DNA of 64,000 nucleotides, taken from contig OX597815.1 in assembly GCA_951406725.2 (NCBI GenBank), forward strand, positions 29,140,001 to 29,204,000. Reading direction: 5' to 3'. Position numbers and translations under genes: made by a program. Positions 1 through 13,804 of the stretch are shown here, piece after piece; position 1 is the first letter of the stretch; each line of letters begins with the position of its first letter. The notes beneath the pieces were generated by a model, which was not told where the DNA came from, ran no database searches, and saw nothing but the letters and a program-made list of their open reading frames with translations. This DNA is from Octopus vulgaris. Taxonomy: Eukaryota.

Positions 1-3000
1 TGAGAACTACTGCAGCAGATAATATAGTCCTAGATAACACTGAGAGCAGAATGGTCACGTGCTGGAATTTCTTTGATTCGAAGTTCGTTCTATCACGGTT
101 AACCTGAAAGCAATAAAAAAACAACTAAAATTTATGACAATGAAACAGTAAAACAGTTATCTAATATACCTAAAAATATATATTTTTATAACAAGTAGTT
201 ACAGTAGCTTTGAATTAAATCATCGGTTAGCGAATTAATTAAGGGTGTTGAAAAAGAATTGTAGATAGAAACGGTATTGAACCACACTATAAGCCTAACA
301 GTATTTAGTAAAGTGCCTCAACATTTTTATTTCAAGACCGACTGTTGGGATTAATTCTACTTTCATCTTTCCATGGTCTACAAAATAGATGACAATGATA
401 TAACATAGTTAATTCAGTTGACTTCATTTTATATTCTTTCTGGGGTCGATAAGATAAATACCAGTGTCGGTTTAATACATTTTCATAAGATACTTCCTAC
501 TTTTCACGGAATTGTGTTGGGCTTGTGACATTAATAAAATAATAATAGGTTCTAAGCAGGCCAGAAATTTTAAAGGAGGGCAAGTCAGTTATATCTATCC
601 TGGCAGTAGAACTGGTATTTTATTTTTATTTTTATCGACCCCCAGAAGATGAAAGGCAAAATCGACCTATGCAAGATTTTAACTCAGAATGTAAAAGAAC
701 GTAACTAAATGTATAATATAGGTATTTTTGTTCGAAGCCCAACCAATTTGGCCAATAATGATAATTATAAAAAGATAACGATAATTTTCCAGAGAATATA
801 ATTTATGATCAAGTTTTGATTCCGTTTCACATGTTTTCCGTTACTGTGGTCGGTTGCCTAAATAAGAAACGAGTACTAATGACAATGTAGGCCCTTTTAT
901 TCTATTAACTTTTTGATTATCAATAAAATATGTAACAGCAATAATACTCGGATGAGAGTCGGTCAATCGTACATTTCCAAATAAAATTTGTTTTGTATAC
1001 GATCTAGATTTGATTCCCAGTTGTAAATATTCTTCTGCGTCATTAATGCTTTTGTAAAGGCATGAATTTGCCCTTTCTATTCCTTTTCGGAGTTTGAGAT
1101 TCTTACTTAACACCTTACAAATACTAACGACTTTTCTCTTCTTTGAGTGCATGTTGGTTTATGCTTCAAGGCCGAAATTTATATTAATATTCAATATTTC
1201 CACCTTAATTGCTGGGTTTCTTCCATTGATAGGATTTAGTCTTTCCATCTGCTCCCGTGTGGAGATAGGTTCATTGCCAAACTGTTGCTTGCTGTCGTGA
1301 TTCTTACCATTTTCATCTAAACTCAGCATCAAAATAACACTGCAAATACTCCCTTAGTTACTTTCCATTGATTTTCCAATAAACATGTTTGTTTTTGCAA
1401 TGTTAAGTCGCTAACCATGAGATATACACCATCATTTGGCCATCGAGTGAGTGACTTTAACAGACCACACTCTGTTGCAAGCATTCGGGCCTGGTCTTCA
1501 GTTCGAAAGTAAATTCTTCCCTTCTTCCAACCAGTCTTGGAAGCCTTGAAAAAGTCATGGATGCTATCCTTTACCCTCTGATGAAGTCTTGTAAGGGGGG
1601 AAATTGTGAATTAACAGCTGGTGTCAAAAAACTCAAATAGTAATTTTGTTTATCAAGCAGTATAAATAAATACTAATTTACGGCCAAGGCGTTAGAAACA
1701 TCAGATTGTACAACAAGTAGCAAGTTGAATGAGCTATGGTTGGTGGTGTTACAAAATTGCAAAGTTGTGTGAAAGTCAGCGTTATCACAAGTAGACTTTA
1801 TCACAAAGAAACAATTTGCATTACAAATACGAAGAGAAACAGAAAGCAAGTTGTCTCAAAAGCAGACGGTTATATTGTCACAGGCAACAAATTATTTTGC
1901 ATTACGAAAACCAGGTTCACAAATACAGAAAAGTATCGAAAGAAACGCGTTACATTGCGGAAAGGATGTTGTCACATGATCACGTTACATCACCAACAAG
2001 ATGTGCTATCAACTGCAGTTCACAAGGAGAATATGGTATATTATGAAAACCAAGATATCACAGGCATTCAAATCTCCTGCAAAAACGTTATTGCAAATAA
2101 ATTTTGTCCACAATTTATGTTATGGTTAACAGACTGCATTTTAAATTTGTCATGACAAAGAGTGTCAGGAGCAAGAAATGAACACAAACAGTAAATTAAT
2201 TGACATATAAAAAAATCATAGTAAATAGAATATTGTTTAACAGAAAGAAATGTAACATACAGTTGCTAAAAAAAACAATTAGTTTTTACATTATTCAGGG
2301 AGACACAAGTGACATTGTTTGTCATGAATTACAAATTGACACAAGTATCAGTTTCTGCTACCTTGCATGATGTCGTGAATTAGTAGCAACAAGCAAAACA
2401 CTTTATAAAAAAAAATGCTTGTGGTCTTGAAAAACACACTGCTTCACTGCAAACATACAAACTGATATTGCAAAAACAGCACAGACAAGCAAAAGACAAT
2501 AAAAATGTTTTAAATTGTTGCAAATATCAAAATATTACAAAAATTAATTAAATACGGGTTAACATACTTAATGTAGTGAGCCAAAGAAAAAAAAACTTTT
2601 AATAAATTAAAATTATACCCGTAATGAAAAGAAACTTTCTTAACTTCGGTAACAATTCTTGAAAAGAAATGCAAGGGAGACAACTCGGAAGTCCAAACTG
2701 ATTAATAATTGAAAGTATGTTATTACAAATATTGAATAAATTGGCACATTACATACTGGTCATTGAAACCAACGACTTTCATACAAGATATTAAATTGTA
2801 TATAAATTTTTTTTATGATTTTGCAAAATCTATAACAAATTACAGCAATTTATTAGACAAATGATAGTAAGATACTGCACTGAGGATTGTAAGTTATTGC
2901 ATGAAAAATTAGTAATTATTGCACAATGTATAAAAAAAAAGGTTACAGCAATTTTTGTATATAAAGATAATGGTAAATAAATTCCTTCTCCTCTTCATTT

Positions 3001-4368
3001 ATGGCTGTTTTCAGTAGGTGTAGTGGAGTTTATCATAGATTTAAATTATTGAATGGTTGAGGGAAATGAAACCCCACCCACCCCTGGAAATACTGAAGTT
3101 TCTGATCCAACGAAAGAGTCTCTACACAGTCACTCAACTTACAAGAAATAGCGGTTCGCAATATATAGAAAAACAGTGTCACACAGTCACTGGTTTTGCA
3201 ACTAGCGAACTAGCTCGTTAAGAAAATCTCTATTAGAGATGAAAGCAGTATTTATACTGAGAAGTAAGGTTTATCGCCACCTAAACAGACGATAGTGCTA
3301 TTTTGAGTAGTATGAGTCGTATTCTTTTCATTTTAGAGGTAGGTTTGTCGAAAAGAGGATACACCCAAAGCCATTGAAAGCGCTTTTGATAAATTCAGAA
3401 AAAAATATCATCAGGGTAAAAAATTAACTTTACTACTCTTACAAAATATTCATTGGCGAGAAAAAAACCGTTGAAACTGTCTCGAAGAATATGGTTAGAA
3501 ATTTCTTTGATTTACATTTTGTTTAGGAACTCTTTGTAATTCTTTATAATTTTCATGTAACATGAAAGAGTAGGAGTTTTTACTAAATGTTACATTGTTA
3601 GACGAAAATAGTTTGCACAGTTTCGGTTACCCCTATGTTAACTAAAAAGGGAAATTGTAGCAGTTCTATAGAGCAGGATTTATTTTATAGATTTAACTCA
3701 AAGCAAAAGACTGAATGTTCAGTGAGTGTTAACAGATAACTCAAAACTAGATCCCTCGAGGATTGAAAATAGACCAGTCAGATACAAATTTATGCCTGAA
3801 AAGGGTTGACTGTAAATATTCTACGCAATAAGGATTAATTATATGCTTCAGCTATGTTTCATCGTCTACCTATTGCCTAATGATAAATGTAAACCACATA
3901 AAAAATTAGCTATAAAATTTTTATATAATAAACGCCTGAAAAATCCACAAGGGACTTTCGGTAAACATTTATAATAACGAGAATTGTATATTAAAGCATT
4001 ATTCTGATTTATGGCTTTTTTATGCTTTTATGTTTTTCTCTTTTTTTATTTAAATCTAAAATTGTTTTTAGTAATAAATTATTCAAAACAGCCACTAACA
4101 TACTTGACCTTAATTTGTTTTCTAATACTTTAACATCTGAAGTATTCTTCCTTTCAGACTGATTATGAAACACTAGTCTGTTTCAGTATGTGCTCCGAGT
4201 GTTAATACCTCTTAAAGGGATTATTACTGCATTCCAGATTTGAGTTTATTACATCAGAGCACCGGCAAAATAATATGATACCTGTCAGTTTTGGAGGGTC
4301 GAACACAGAATCTCATCGTTGCGTGAATGAGTGTTTGTGTGGGCAGGGGTGAATGGGTGGAAATATAT

Positions 4369-4407
<39 letters not shown>

Positions 4408-4779
4408 CACGAGAGAAAAACAATGGAAATTACAAGTCTCTTTATCCACGACGACTATTTCGACCCATCATGCACCAGTAACTTGCATTTTCTTTTTCTC
4501 GTGTTTTTATAAACTCCATAGAGATATAGGGATCCTGATGTAAATCCAGTGGAATATACATCCAGACTGTTGTTGACATCAGGTAACTTATTACTATGAA
4601 CAAGCTTCAAACAGCATACAACAAGATGTGTACCTGAATATAAAATATTACTTGTATATATATCACCGTGATCACCGTGACCGACCATGCTATCAGATAT
4701 TGCTACACATCACTGGTCACAATGCGCTTCGCATTGTTTAGCCTTCAAATGACGCCACCCCGCTGGCTAAGCAAGCAGG

Positions 4780-4831
<52 letters not shown>

Positions 4832-4835
<4 letters not shown>

Positions 4836-5677
4836 GTGGTGTCAAAATGTTCCCGGACTAATTCTGTAGCGTGCCAACAGATGGCAGCATACGGTTGCGT
4901 GCGCAGTGAGGGCTAACAGTGACCTTCATGAGGCAGTGTGCCGAGTGACATTGCTGCGTTTACTTCACAAGTGTGTTTGTGTCATCGCGTGTATGTTGTA
5001 TAGTCTGCGATTTTGTTATGGACAGGAAGTTGGAACAAAAAGGACCAACGTGAAATTTTGCATTAAACTTGGGAATTCTGCTACAGAGACATTAAGCATG
5101 CTTCGGCAAGCTTGCGGCCACGAGGCAATGGATCATACGCAATGTTCCGAATGGCACGATAAAGCTAGTTCAATCAACAGCATGCTCATCGTATTTTTTT
5201 TTTCGGCATCCGCGGCATTGTGCATCGAGAATCTGTCCGCAGAGTCAGACCGTCAATAGAGAGTTCTACGGCGACATTTTGAAGCGTTTGAGGGAGGACA
5301 TTTGGCGAAAACGACCAGATCTGTGAAACGAAGACATTCGACCCTATATCACCGAGCTCCCTTCACTCGTGAATTTCTCTCCCGAAACAACATGCTTCTG
5401 TACCGATCTATTCGCCAGATTTAGCATTTACGGACTTCCATCTCTGCCCCAGGATGAAAACACAACTCAAGGGTCACCGTTTTAACAATGTTGTCGAGAT
5501 CCAGAGCGAATCGCAGGTCTTTGACTCGCTAACGGAAAACGCCTTCCTGGCTGGATTTCAGAGTGACAAGAATGCTGGGACCAGTGACTATTTCGAAGGA
5601 GATGATGTAAAACCTAGGTAAATAATCTTTATTTTTCATTAAACAATACTAATCTGGGAACCTTTTGATAACGTGTG
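4832..5677 (+). mobile_element. Internally deleted mariner transposon
   Basis: TIR-like ends; RTNVKFCIKLGNSATETLSMLRQA, QTVNREFYGDILKRLREDIWRKRPDL and YSPDLA.TDF in broken frames. Confidence 0.85.
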
Positions 5678-5684
5678 TATGCGC

Positions 5685-5686
<2 letters not shown>

Positions 5687-5750
<64 letters not shown>

Positions 5751-5754
5751 TTGT

Positions 5755-5823
<69 letters not shown>
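5687..5823. repeat. (TG)n microsatellite, representative of many TA, TG, GA, AAT, CAT and TACA tracts
   Basis: Direct inspection; others at 6898-6961, 11558-11673, 14960-15035, 44660-44935, 62933-63004. Confidence 0.95.
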
Positions 5824-5824
<1 letters not shown>

Positions 5825-6616
5825 ACGTGTGTGTTAATATGAGCATGCATATATACATATATGCTCAAAATGAAACAGGCAAATAACAACATGACTGCCC
5901 AAAATCAAGATCTTTAGCGTGACACCATATATGAATGTACTTGATGTGACCCTGAAGATCTGGGAAACGACGATAAAGGAGAACCTCTCCGAACTCTCAG
6001 GTCCGCAGGTGGTCGGTCTGCGCAGATGGAACCGCGAATGGCTCGCTTATCTCCAGGGACCTCGCACAGGACCGTCGAGCGTGGGCCGCCATGGTTCGTG
6101 ATGCCGTTAGTACCAGAGAAGAAGCCGGCTCAACCCGCCTTGGGTGAACGCCGTCACAAGAAGCAGATGTGACCCAGACTGCAAGATTGATGCAACATAG
6201 TATGTTACACAGTATCCCACCTATAAAGAACCGTTGCAGGATGGGTCGAAACGACCGGCGTACAAAATAAGAAGTTATACCAATTCTGTCTTCTGTCTAT
6301 TTAATCGATTATTATCTCAACTAACACATCGAAATTCCTGAAGTAGATCCAAAGAAAATATACCTATTTCTACCACTTTACTACCCACAAGGGGATAAAC
6401 ACAGAGGGGACAAACAAGGACAGACACACGGATTAAGTCGATTACGTCGACCCCAGTGCGTAACTGGTACTTAATTTATCGACCCCGAAAGGATGAAAGG
6501 CAAGGAAATATACCCCAACTGCGGATGACATCAGGTAGCCCAATCTGTGCCAGTGCTTCACCCAACGCATCGGCACACTAATTGACATATACTCATTAAT
6601 CCAAAATATTACATAT

Positions 6617-6671
<55 letters not shown>

Positions 6672-6894
6672 CTATGTATGTATGTATGTATGTATGTATG
6701 CCAGAAGGTCTGCAAATCTAACGGGGACCTCAAAAGATAACTTCAACTTTTGGTGGTCCAAATCGGATATGCAATTTATGTGGATGTCTTTTCAGAACAT
6801 TGTCTGGTTTTAAAAGCCACATCAGATGCCATGATGGTTCTAAGGTGTAGGTACAGGAGGTGGTCAAACTCTGCATAAGGAGTAGACAACCACC

Positions 6895-6964
<70 letters not shown>

Positions 6965-7042
6965 ATAAATATTAGGGAATAAATCCAAATTTACAGATAA
7001 AAAATCAGATTTAGGATTAAATCCAATTTTATAGTAAAATAT

Positions 7043-7377
7043 TATATAATATTAATTCGAGACAAAACCACTATTTTGCAAAACAAACAAGGAAAGACTT
7101 AATCAATACATAAAAATTTTCAATATAAAGAAATAAACCGCCACTACAATCGTTTCATGTCTTCAATGACATTCGTCAGGTGGATTTTCGATCTCCTTAT
7201 CTGTTTTAATTTAAAACAGATTAGGAGATCGAAAATCCACCTGACGAATGTCATTGAAGACATGAAACGATTGTAGTGGCGGTTTATTTCTTTATATTAA
7301 AAATTTTTATGTATTGATTAAGTCTTTCCTTGTTTGTTTTGCAAAATAGTGGTTTTGTCTCGAATTAATATTATATA
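7043..7377. repeat. 335-bp near-perfect palindrome beside (TA)n tracts
   Basis: 167-bp arms centred on 7210, 2 mismatches by eye. Confidence 0.95.
7237..7279 (+). ncRNA. Minimal type I hammerhead motif (mirror copy at 7141-7183, minus)
   Basis: CCAC-CUGACGA-AUGUC(AUUGAA)GACAU-GAAA-CGAUUG-UA-GUGG. Confidence 0.8.
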
Positions 7378-7614
7378 TATATATATATAATATTTTGGAT
7401 TAATGTGTATATGTCAATTAGTATGCTGATGTAGCCACTATACATTCTTTATTTTCTCTCCTTGTTTCTTTCTGTGTTCCTTTGTGTGGAAAAGCGTAGG
7501 CTCGAAACGTTGAAGACTTCTTCACTTCCCGGGCGTTAAACTACTACATATGTTTGTTGTCTACACCACCTGTCTTCGTCTTTTGTTTTTTTTTGGGGGG
7601 GTGGGGTGAATTCT

Positions 7615-7663
<49 letters not shown>

Positions 7664-7666
<3 letters not shown>

Positions 7667-8238
7667 CATTGCGCCAGAGAAAAAATTTGTTTGCTTGTTA
7701 TCAGTCGTAAGACACTGTTGTTTTCACCGTTAATGCTTCTGTATTTCATGTTTCTGTATTCCATTATTGTTTTTTGTTTTTTTATATCTGTCCCTTTTGC
7801 TGTCCTGGTGTTCGTATGCATTCGATCCTTCTTCCAGGAAATCTACGCTTCCAGCTTAGTTTTCCTAATGCTCGTTGCTTAGTTTTTCTTGGAGGGCTGG
7901 CCGTGATCTAGTAATCTCAAGATTAATCAGCCGAAATTACTACGATGATCCGGTTCTTGACATTAATGTGAGCACATATTCTTAATAATTGGTACGACTC
8001 TCTGTTTGTCTCTCTCTCTCTCTCATTTTTACTTGATCTGTCCCCCTCTCTCTCTTTTCTCTCTACTCATCCTCTTTTTCTCTTCTCTTTCCTCTGATTC
8101 TTTGGTCTAGTCTTCCACTACCCTCCTATTTCTTTGTCTCGCTCTGCACTCACAGGTCATTCTTCGACACCCATCCCTTCTCCTCTCTGATTCCTTCTTT
8201 CTCTCTCTTCTCTCTCTTTGTTGCGTTTGTCACTCCTG

Positions 8239-8274
<36 letters not shown>

Positions 8275-8699
8275 TCCTTTGCTTCTCTTTCTTTTCTTTT
8301 CCCTCTTCTCTGTCACGTGACTGTTGGCCGAAATCTGCCTTTCAGCTTCTGACCCTCGTCGTGTTAACATCGCTGTTTTCGTCCGCCGCTATAAAGGCTT
8401 TTTCCATTGCGCCAGAGAAAAAATTTGTTTGCTTGTTATCAGTCGTAAGACACTGTTGTTTTCACCGTTAATGCTTCTGTATTTCATGTTTCTGTATTCC
8501 ATTATTGTTTTTTGTTTTTTTATATCTGTCCCTTTTGCTGTCCTGGTGTTCGTATGCATTCGATCCTTCTTCCAGGAAATCTACGCTTCCAGCTTAGTTT
8601 TTCTAATGCTCGTTGCTTAGTTTTTCTTGGAGGGCTGGCCGTGATCTAGTAATCTCAAGATTAATCAGCCGAAATTACTACGATGATCCGGTTCTTGAC
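7664..8699 (+). repeat. 298-bp direct repeat separated by a CT-rich spacer
   Basis: 7664-7961 equals 8402-8699 with 1 mismatch seen; related 3' fragment at about 42836-42985. Confidence 0.92.
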
Positions 8700-8870
8700 T
8701 GAAGACTGAGGGTTTCGAATGTCCTGTCCGTGTTTATTGTATCGTCTTCTAAGAGTTATACGTTCTTGTCCATGTTGTATTTTTCTACATACCTTAATAT
8801 ATATATATATATATATATATATAGGGAGAATTCACAAAAAAAAACCCCAAAAAATATACATACATATAAG

Positions 8871-9370
8871 AGGGAATTACCACTATGTGGAAACCCTTAC
8901 TCTAGATGAAGATCCGTTATGGTCTTACCACTAAGAATTGTTCTCTAGAAAATTTAGCAAACACCAGAAACGTAAGCGAGCAAGACAAGTGAAAAGTAAC
9001 AAAAATATAGATTAATCATAAACAAATGTTTCACTATCAACAAATTACGTAATTTTACTTGCATAATTTATCTGTAGATCTTCATTATGATCGTCCATAC
9101 AAATATAATTTGCAGAACTACACACCAGACATCAACACGAGGTCGAATATGTATGCAGTTCTACCTATTATACTTGTGGTTATTTTTCAAAGTTTTCATT
9201 TTGGCGCGCTAAATTATCGGAAATAATACTGCATAAAATAATTTACTGCAGTAGCCTTTACCAGTTTACGTTTCTGGTGTTTGCTAAATTTTCTAGAGAA
9301 CAATTCTTAGTGATAAGACCATAGCGGATCTTCTCCTAGCGTAAGGGTTTCCACATAGTGGTAATTCCCT
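8871..9370. repeat. Inverted repeat pair (about 100-bp arms)
   Basis: 8871-8975 versus 9266-9370; a second interleaved pair at about 9184-9257 versus 9842-9906. Confidence 0.85.
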
Positions 9371-9708
9371 GCATGGCTCAGTGGTTAGAGCGTCGAGCTT
9401 ACGATCGTGAGGTTGTGAGCTCGAATCCCGGACCGGGCTGCGTGTTGTGTTCTTGAGCAAGACACTTTATTTCACGTTGCTCCAGTTCACTCAGCTGTAG
9501 AAATGAGTTGCGACGTCACAGGTGCCAAGCTGTATCAACCTTTGTCTTTCCCTTGGATAACACTGGTGGCGTGGAGAGGGGAGGCCGGTATGCATGGGCG
9601 ACTACTGGTCTTCCATAAAACAACCTTGCCCAGACTTGTGCCTCAGAGGGTAACTCTCTAGGTGCAAACCCATGGTCACTCATGACCGAAGGGGGTCTTT
9701 ACCTTTAC
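9371..9708 (+). mobile_element. tRNA-derived SINE family C
   Basis: gcatggctcagtggttagagcg…gagctcgaatccc head; relatives at about 12800-13078 (-), 39904-40225 (+), 60135-60410 (+). Confidence 0.8.
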
Positions 9709-11570
9709 TATTTACTGAACCTCAGTTTTTAATATGCTAGACCACTGGTGTTAAATTGATGCTATCAAATTAATATCCAATTTTTCACCCTCATTTTAAT
9801 TTTAATTTTAATTTTTAATTAATACGTTCTCAAACCGGCATAGGCTACTGCAGTAAATTATTTTATGCAGTATTATTTCCGGCGCCAAAACGAAGACTTT
9901 TGAAAATTTATGCGAATTCCAAATAATCCTGAATTCAAGCATTACAATCTAGCTCACTGCACTTCACGCTTCCTCTTTACTCTCCTTTTCCTCTTCTCTT
10001 CCTCCTACTTTGCTTCTTTCAGTTTTTCTTTTCTTTTTCTTTTTATCATCACCAAATGGATGAAAGGCAAAGCTAACTCGGGTAGGATTTTCACTCAAAG
10101 CGCTGAGATACGGAACCAGCACTACAAAGTATTCTATCCAACGATTTAGCGATTCTGCCAATTCATCAACACTATTATGGGACTGGTTCGATCTACAGCA
10201 ATTGGGCTCGATCTACAACTATTAAAGAAATAGTTATAATACTGAGTGTGTGAATGCAATAACGACTGTTAATTAAGTATAGTTATTGGTTACGAAACGA
10301 AATTATGTGGGCATGCCATGTGAAAGACATACCCTAAATTCGCTAAAAGAGAAATACGATAGCACTGGTTTCTTAAAGAACAAGGCTTAACTAAAGACAT
10401 CTGTAGAATGTAAATTATGAACGCAGATGGTCGAGACGAAATGTAGTTGTTCTTTATATTTATAGCGGAAAGTTGACACCCTGGGATTATTGAAAAGCCT
10501 GTTCAAATCGATGCAGTTTATGTTCTGTACAAACCTCTGGAAACCGATTCTTGTGGGGAAACCATGGCTACGAAGGAGTTTCCACAGGGAACACTCTATA
10601 GGATGAATGGATTGGGTTAAAAGTGTTTAAAGGGGTGTTTAGAGAAGTGTTTTGAAGATGAAAGACGTTCGAGAGAGCAAGATGAAGAAAATTAATTTAC
10701 AAGTGATTTCGGAGTTTTATACGCAGCTTGTTAATTTGGAAGAGCAGCAACCGTTGCAGAAGAGACAGAAGAGACAGGGAAGAGACACAGTCGGTCAAAT
10801 GACTTTTCGTTGCTTGCTGTAAAAAAAATGTTTGTATGTGTTTGTAAGAACAGGGGTCTCTAATGTGAATTGCATTTGTACATTGAATGAGATGCTTTAT
10901 TGTCCAAATCATTTCTGCTGCTCCCAGCTCTGTCGTTGAAATTGAAGGATCAAGGCTTAAGAATTCGTTTCTACTCTAGGCAAAAGGCCCGAAATTTTGG
11001 GGGAGGGGGCCAATCGATTAGATCGACCCCAGTACGCAACTGATACTTAATTTATTGACCCCCGAAAGGATGAAAGGCAAAATCGACCTCGGTAGAATTT
11101 GAACTCAGAACGTTGCGTGCTGACGATTCTGCCAGCTCGCCGTCTTAAGTCTTAATTAAAATATGAATGCATTTAATGGAAAAGATGTTGTTATTGCTGC
11201 TGTTGTTGTTGTTGCTAAAGCACAGATTAACTCAGAGCAAGTAAACTTCTATTCAAAGGCATTCTAGCCTTCACCTCCGCATCTTCACGTTATTTAATGA
11301 GTCTCTTTTTTAATCTGGCTGGGTGAGATTTTGAGAGGGATTTGACTGCTATTTCTAGCAGATCAAGCAGTTACATAGAGGTTCTTTTATGGGTTCGTTG
11401 GAAAATAGGGTGGGATTGTTCTTGCTGTTGTTGTTGTTGTTGTTGCTATTAAGATAAGCAATATATGAAGTAAGCAAACCTCAGATTTTATATATATATT
11501 CGAAACATTATATCGAAATGGTATACATATTGTAGATTTGTAAAATGAAAATGAAGATGAGAGAGAGAGA

Positions 11571-11676
<106 letters not shown>

Positions 11677-12069
11677 TGAAAGCAATGAAAAAGAATCGCT
11701 TAAACGTCATTTAACCAAGCCCATTTACGTATTTATATCACAGTTGCAGTGTTGACAGCTGAAAGATATAGATCCAAAAAGCTATCCCCATCATTGAGAG
11801 ACTTAAGGAGTAAATAGGAAAAGATTGTTGGATTCTTAGAAGATATCGAAGATGTATGAGTAGCAGAGCGATTACTTAAACTGGTGTAAGTATAATCCAG
11901 CCGTGGTGGGTATATTCTATTTCGGTTCAGATAGTTTAAATTTCAGTTTGTTCACCTGCTTTGTTGCTGATAAGTAAGTTGGAGATGAAATGGAATACTC
12001 TTGGTCGGGTCAATAATTCAACGTTTACGATCTTAGCCTTAGAGTTATTACTTCCTTCTGTTTCAAATA

Positions 12070-12240
12070 GGCGCAGGAGTGGCTGTGTGGTAAGTAGCTT
12101 GCTAACCAACCACATGGTTCTGGGTTCAGTCCCACTGCGTGACATCTTGGGCAAGTGTCTTCTGCTATAGCCCCGGGCCGACCAATGCCTTGTGAGTGGA
12201 TTTGGTAGACGAAAATTGAAAGAAGCATGTCGTATATATG

Positions 12241-12302
<62 letters not shown>

Positions 12303-12520
12303 TGTGTCTGTGTTTGTCCCCCTAGCATTGCTTGACAACCGATGCTGGTGTGTTTACGTCCCCGTCACTTAGCGGTTCGGCAAAAAGAGACCGATAGAAT
12401 AAGTACTGGGCTTACAAAGAATAAGTCCCGGGGTCGATTTGCTCGACTAAAGGCGGTGCTCCACCATGGCCGCAGTCAAATAATTGAAACAAGTAAAAAG
12501 AGTAAAAAAAAAAAGAGAGA
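12070..12520 (+). mobile_element. tRNA-derived SINE family A (internal TA/TG microsatellite, AAAAGAGT tail)
   Basis: ggcgcaggagtggctgtgtggtaag…ggttcagtcc (A/B-box-like); near-identical copies across the window. Confidence 0.85.
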
Positions 12521-13402
12521 GTAAATACAGATTACGGCAACGGGAGAATAGTGCAGGGTTAGGGTAAATAGTAAATAAAGGTGAGGGACAGAATCAAAGA
12601 ATAAAACAGACGGACTGAGACAGATATGCAGGCATGTCTATGTACATTTTTATCTTTTACTTGTTTTAATCATTGGACTGCAGCCATGGCGAGGAACCGC
12701 CTTCAAAGGTTTAGTTGACAAATCGACACCAGTATTATAGTCCCATGCTGACCAATGGCTTGTGAGTGAGTTTGGTAAACGGAAAATGAGTAGAAGGATG
12801 AAGACCCACTTCTGTCATGAAAGTTCCCCTCCGATGTACAAGTCCGGGCAAGGTTGTTTATGAAAGACCAACAGTCGCCCATCCATACCAGCCTCCCCAA
12901 CGATCGATACAGCTTGGCACCAGTGACGTTGCAGCTCATTTCTAGAGTCGAGTGAATTGGAACAACGTGAAATAAAGTGTCTTGCTCAAGAACACAAGAC
13001 ACAGCCCGGTCCGAGGATCGAACTCACTACCTCATAATTGTGAGCCCGATACCCTAACCACTGAGCCATGCGCCTTCATGAGTAGAAGATGATTGATGAT
13101 TGTATACGTATGTGTGTGTGCGTGCGTGCGTGCGTGTGTGTGTGTGTGTGCGTGTGTCTGTCATCACTCAAGCCTCCTTAACTTATAATTTAAAAGCAGC
13201 TTTTTATTTTGGCTGAATATGAAATATTCGTTGCTTTGCGAGTGAGAGAGGTCAACTGCATCGACCTAACAAACGATCTATTACTCACTTATTCAATAAA
13301 TTGTGATAGCAACTAATAAATGTCAAACACAGGATTATAAAGAAGACAACATGACGGCAACAATTTAGTTCCTTGACTTTGATATTTTACGACTATAGAT
13401 AA

Positions 13403-13804
13403 CTAGCAGTATCGCCCGGCGTTGCTCGGGTTTGTAAGGGAAATAACTATATAAGCATTTTTAGAGAGTTATAGCCAAAAAATAGCAAAAAAATGCATTA
13501 AAAAGGGAAAAAAAATTATGGTAATTTTTTTTTTAAATCGTTGACTCATCGTAGACATTTTTAGAGAGTTACTTCTCTTATATAATAGCGAAAAAATGCA
13601 TTAAAATGGAAAAAGAATGATGGTAATTTCTTTTTTTTTTTTAATCGTAGACTCATCGTAGACGCGCGCTAATATCCAGAAGGGCTCGATATGAATCACG
13701 ACTATAAGATACCCGGTTTTGGTTAAACTGCACCGCAAAATGTGGGAGTAGTTAGGAATCTAAATCGTAGGAGACAGACACAACCTCACTTTTATATATA
13801 AAGA
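13403..13804 (-). mobile_element. Non-autonomous Helitron-like element
   Basis: 5'-TC..., 3' GC-rich hairpin (cccgagcaacgccggg) plus CTAG, inserted between A and T. Confidence 0.75.

Noticed and set aside
841-1152. Kinesin-like resemblance (EEYLQLGIKSR)
   Set aside because: Diagnostic SSRSH and DLAGSE motifs are absent.
6160-6270. Possible hammerhead (gaccca…tgggtc-GAAACG…CGTA)
   Set aside because: Stem II and GAAA are present, but the core box is degenerate (CAGATGT) and there is no stem I.
8695-8730. CTGAAGA…GAAT hammerhead candidate
   Set aside because: No GAAA and no convincing stems.
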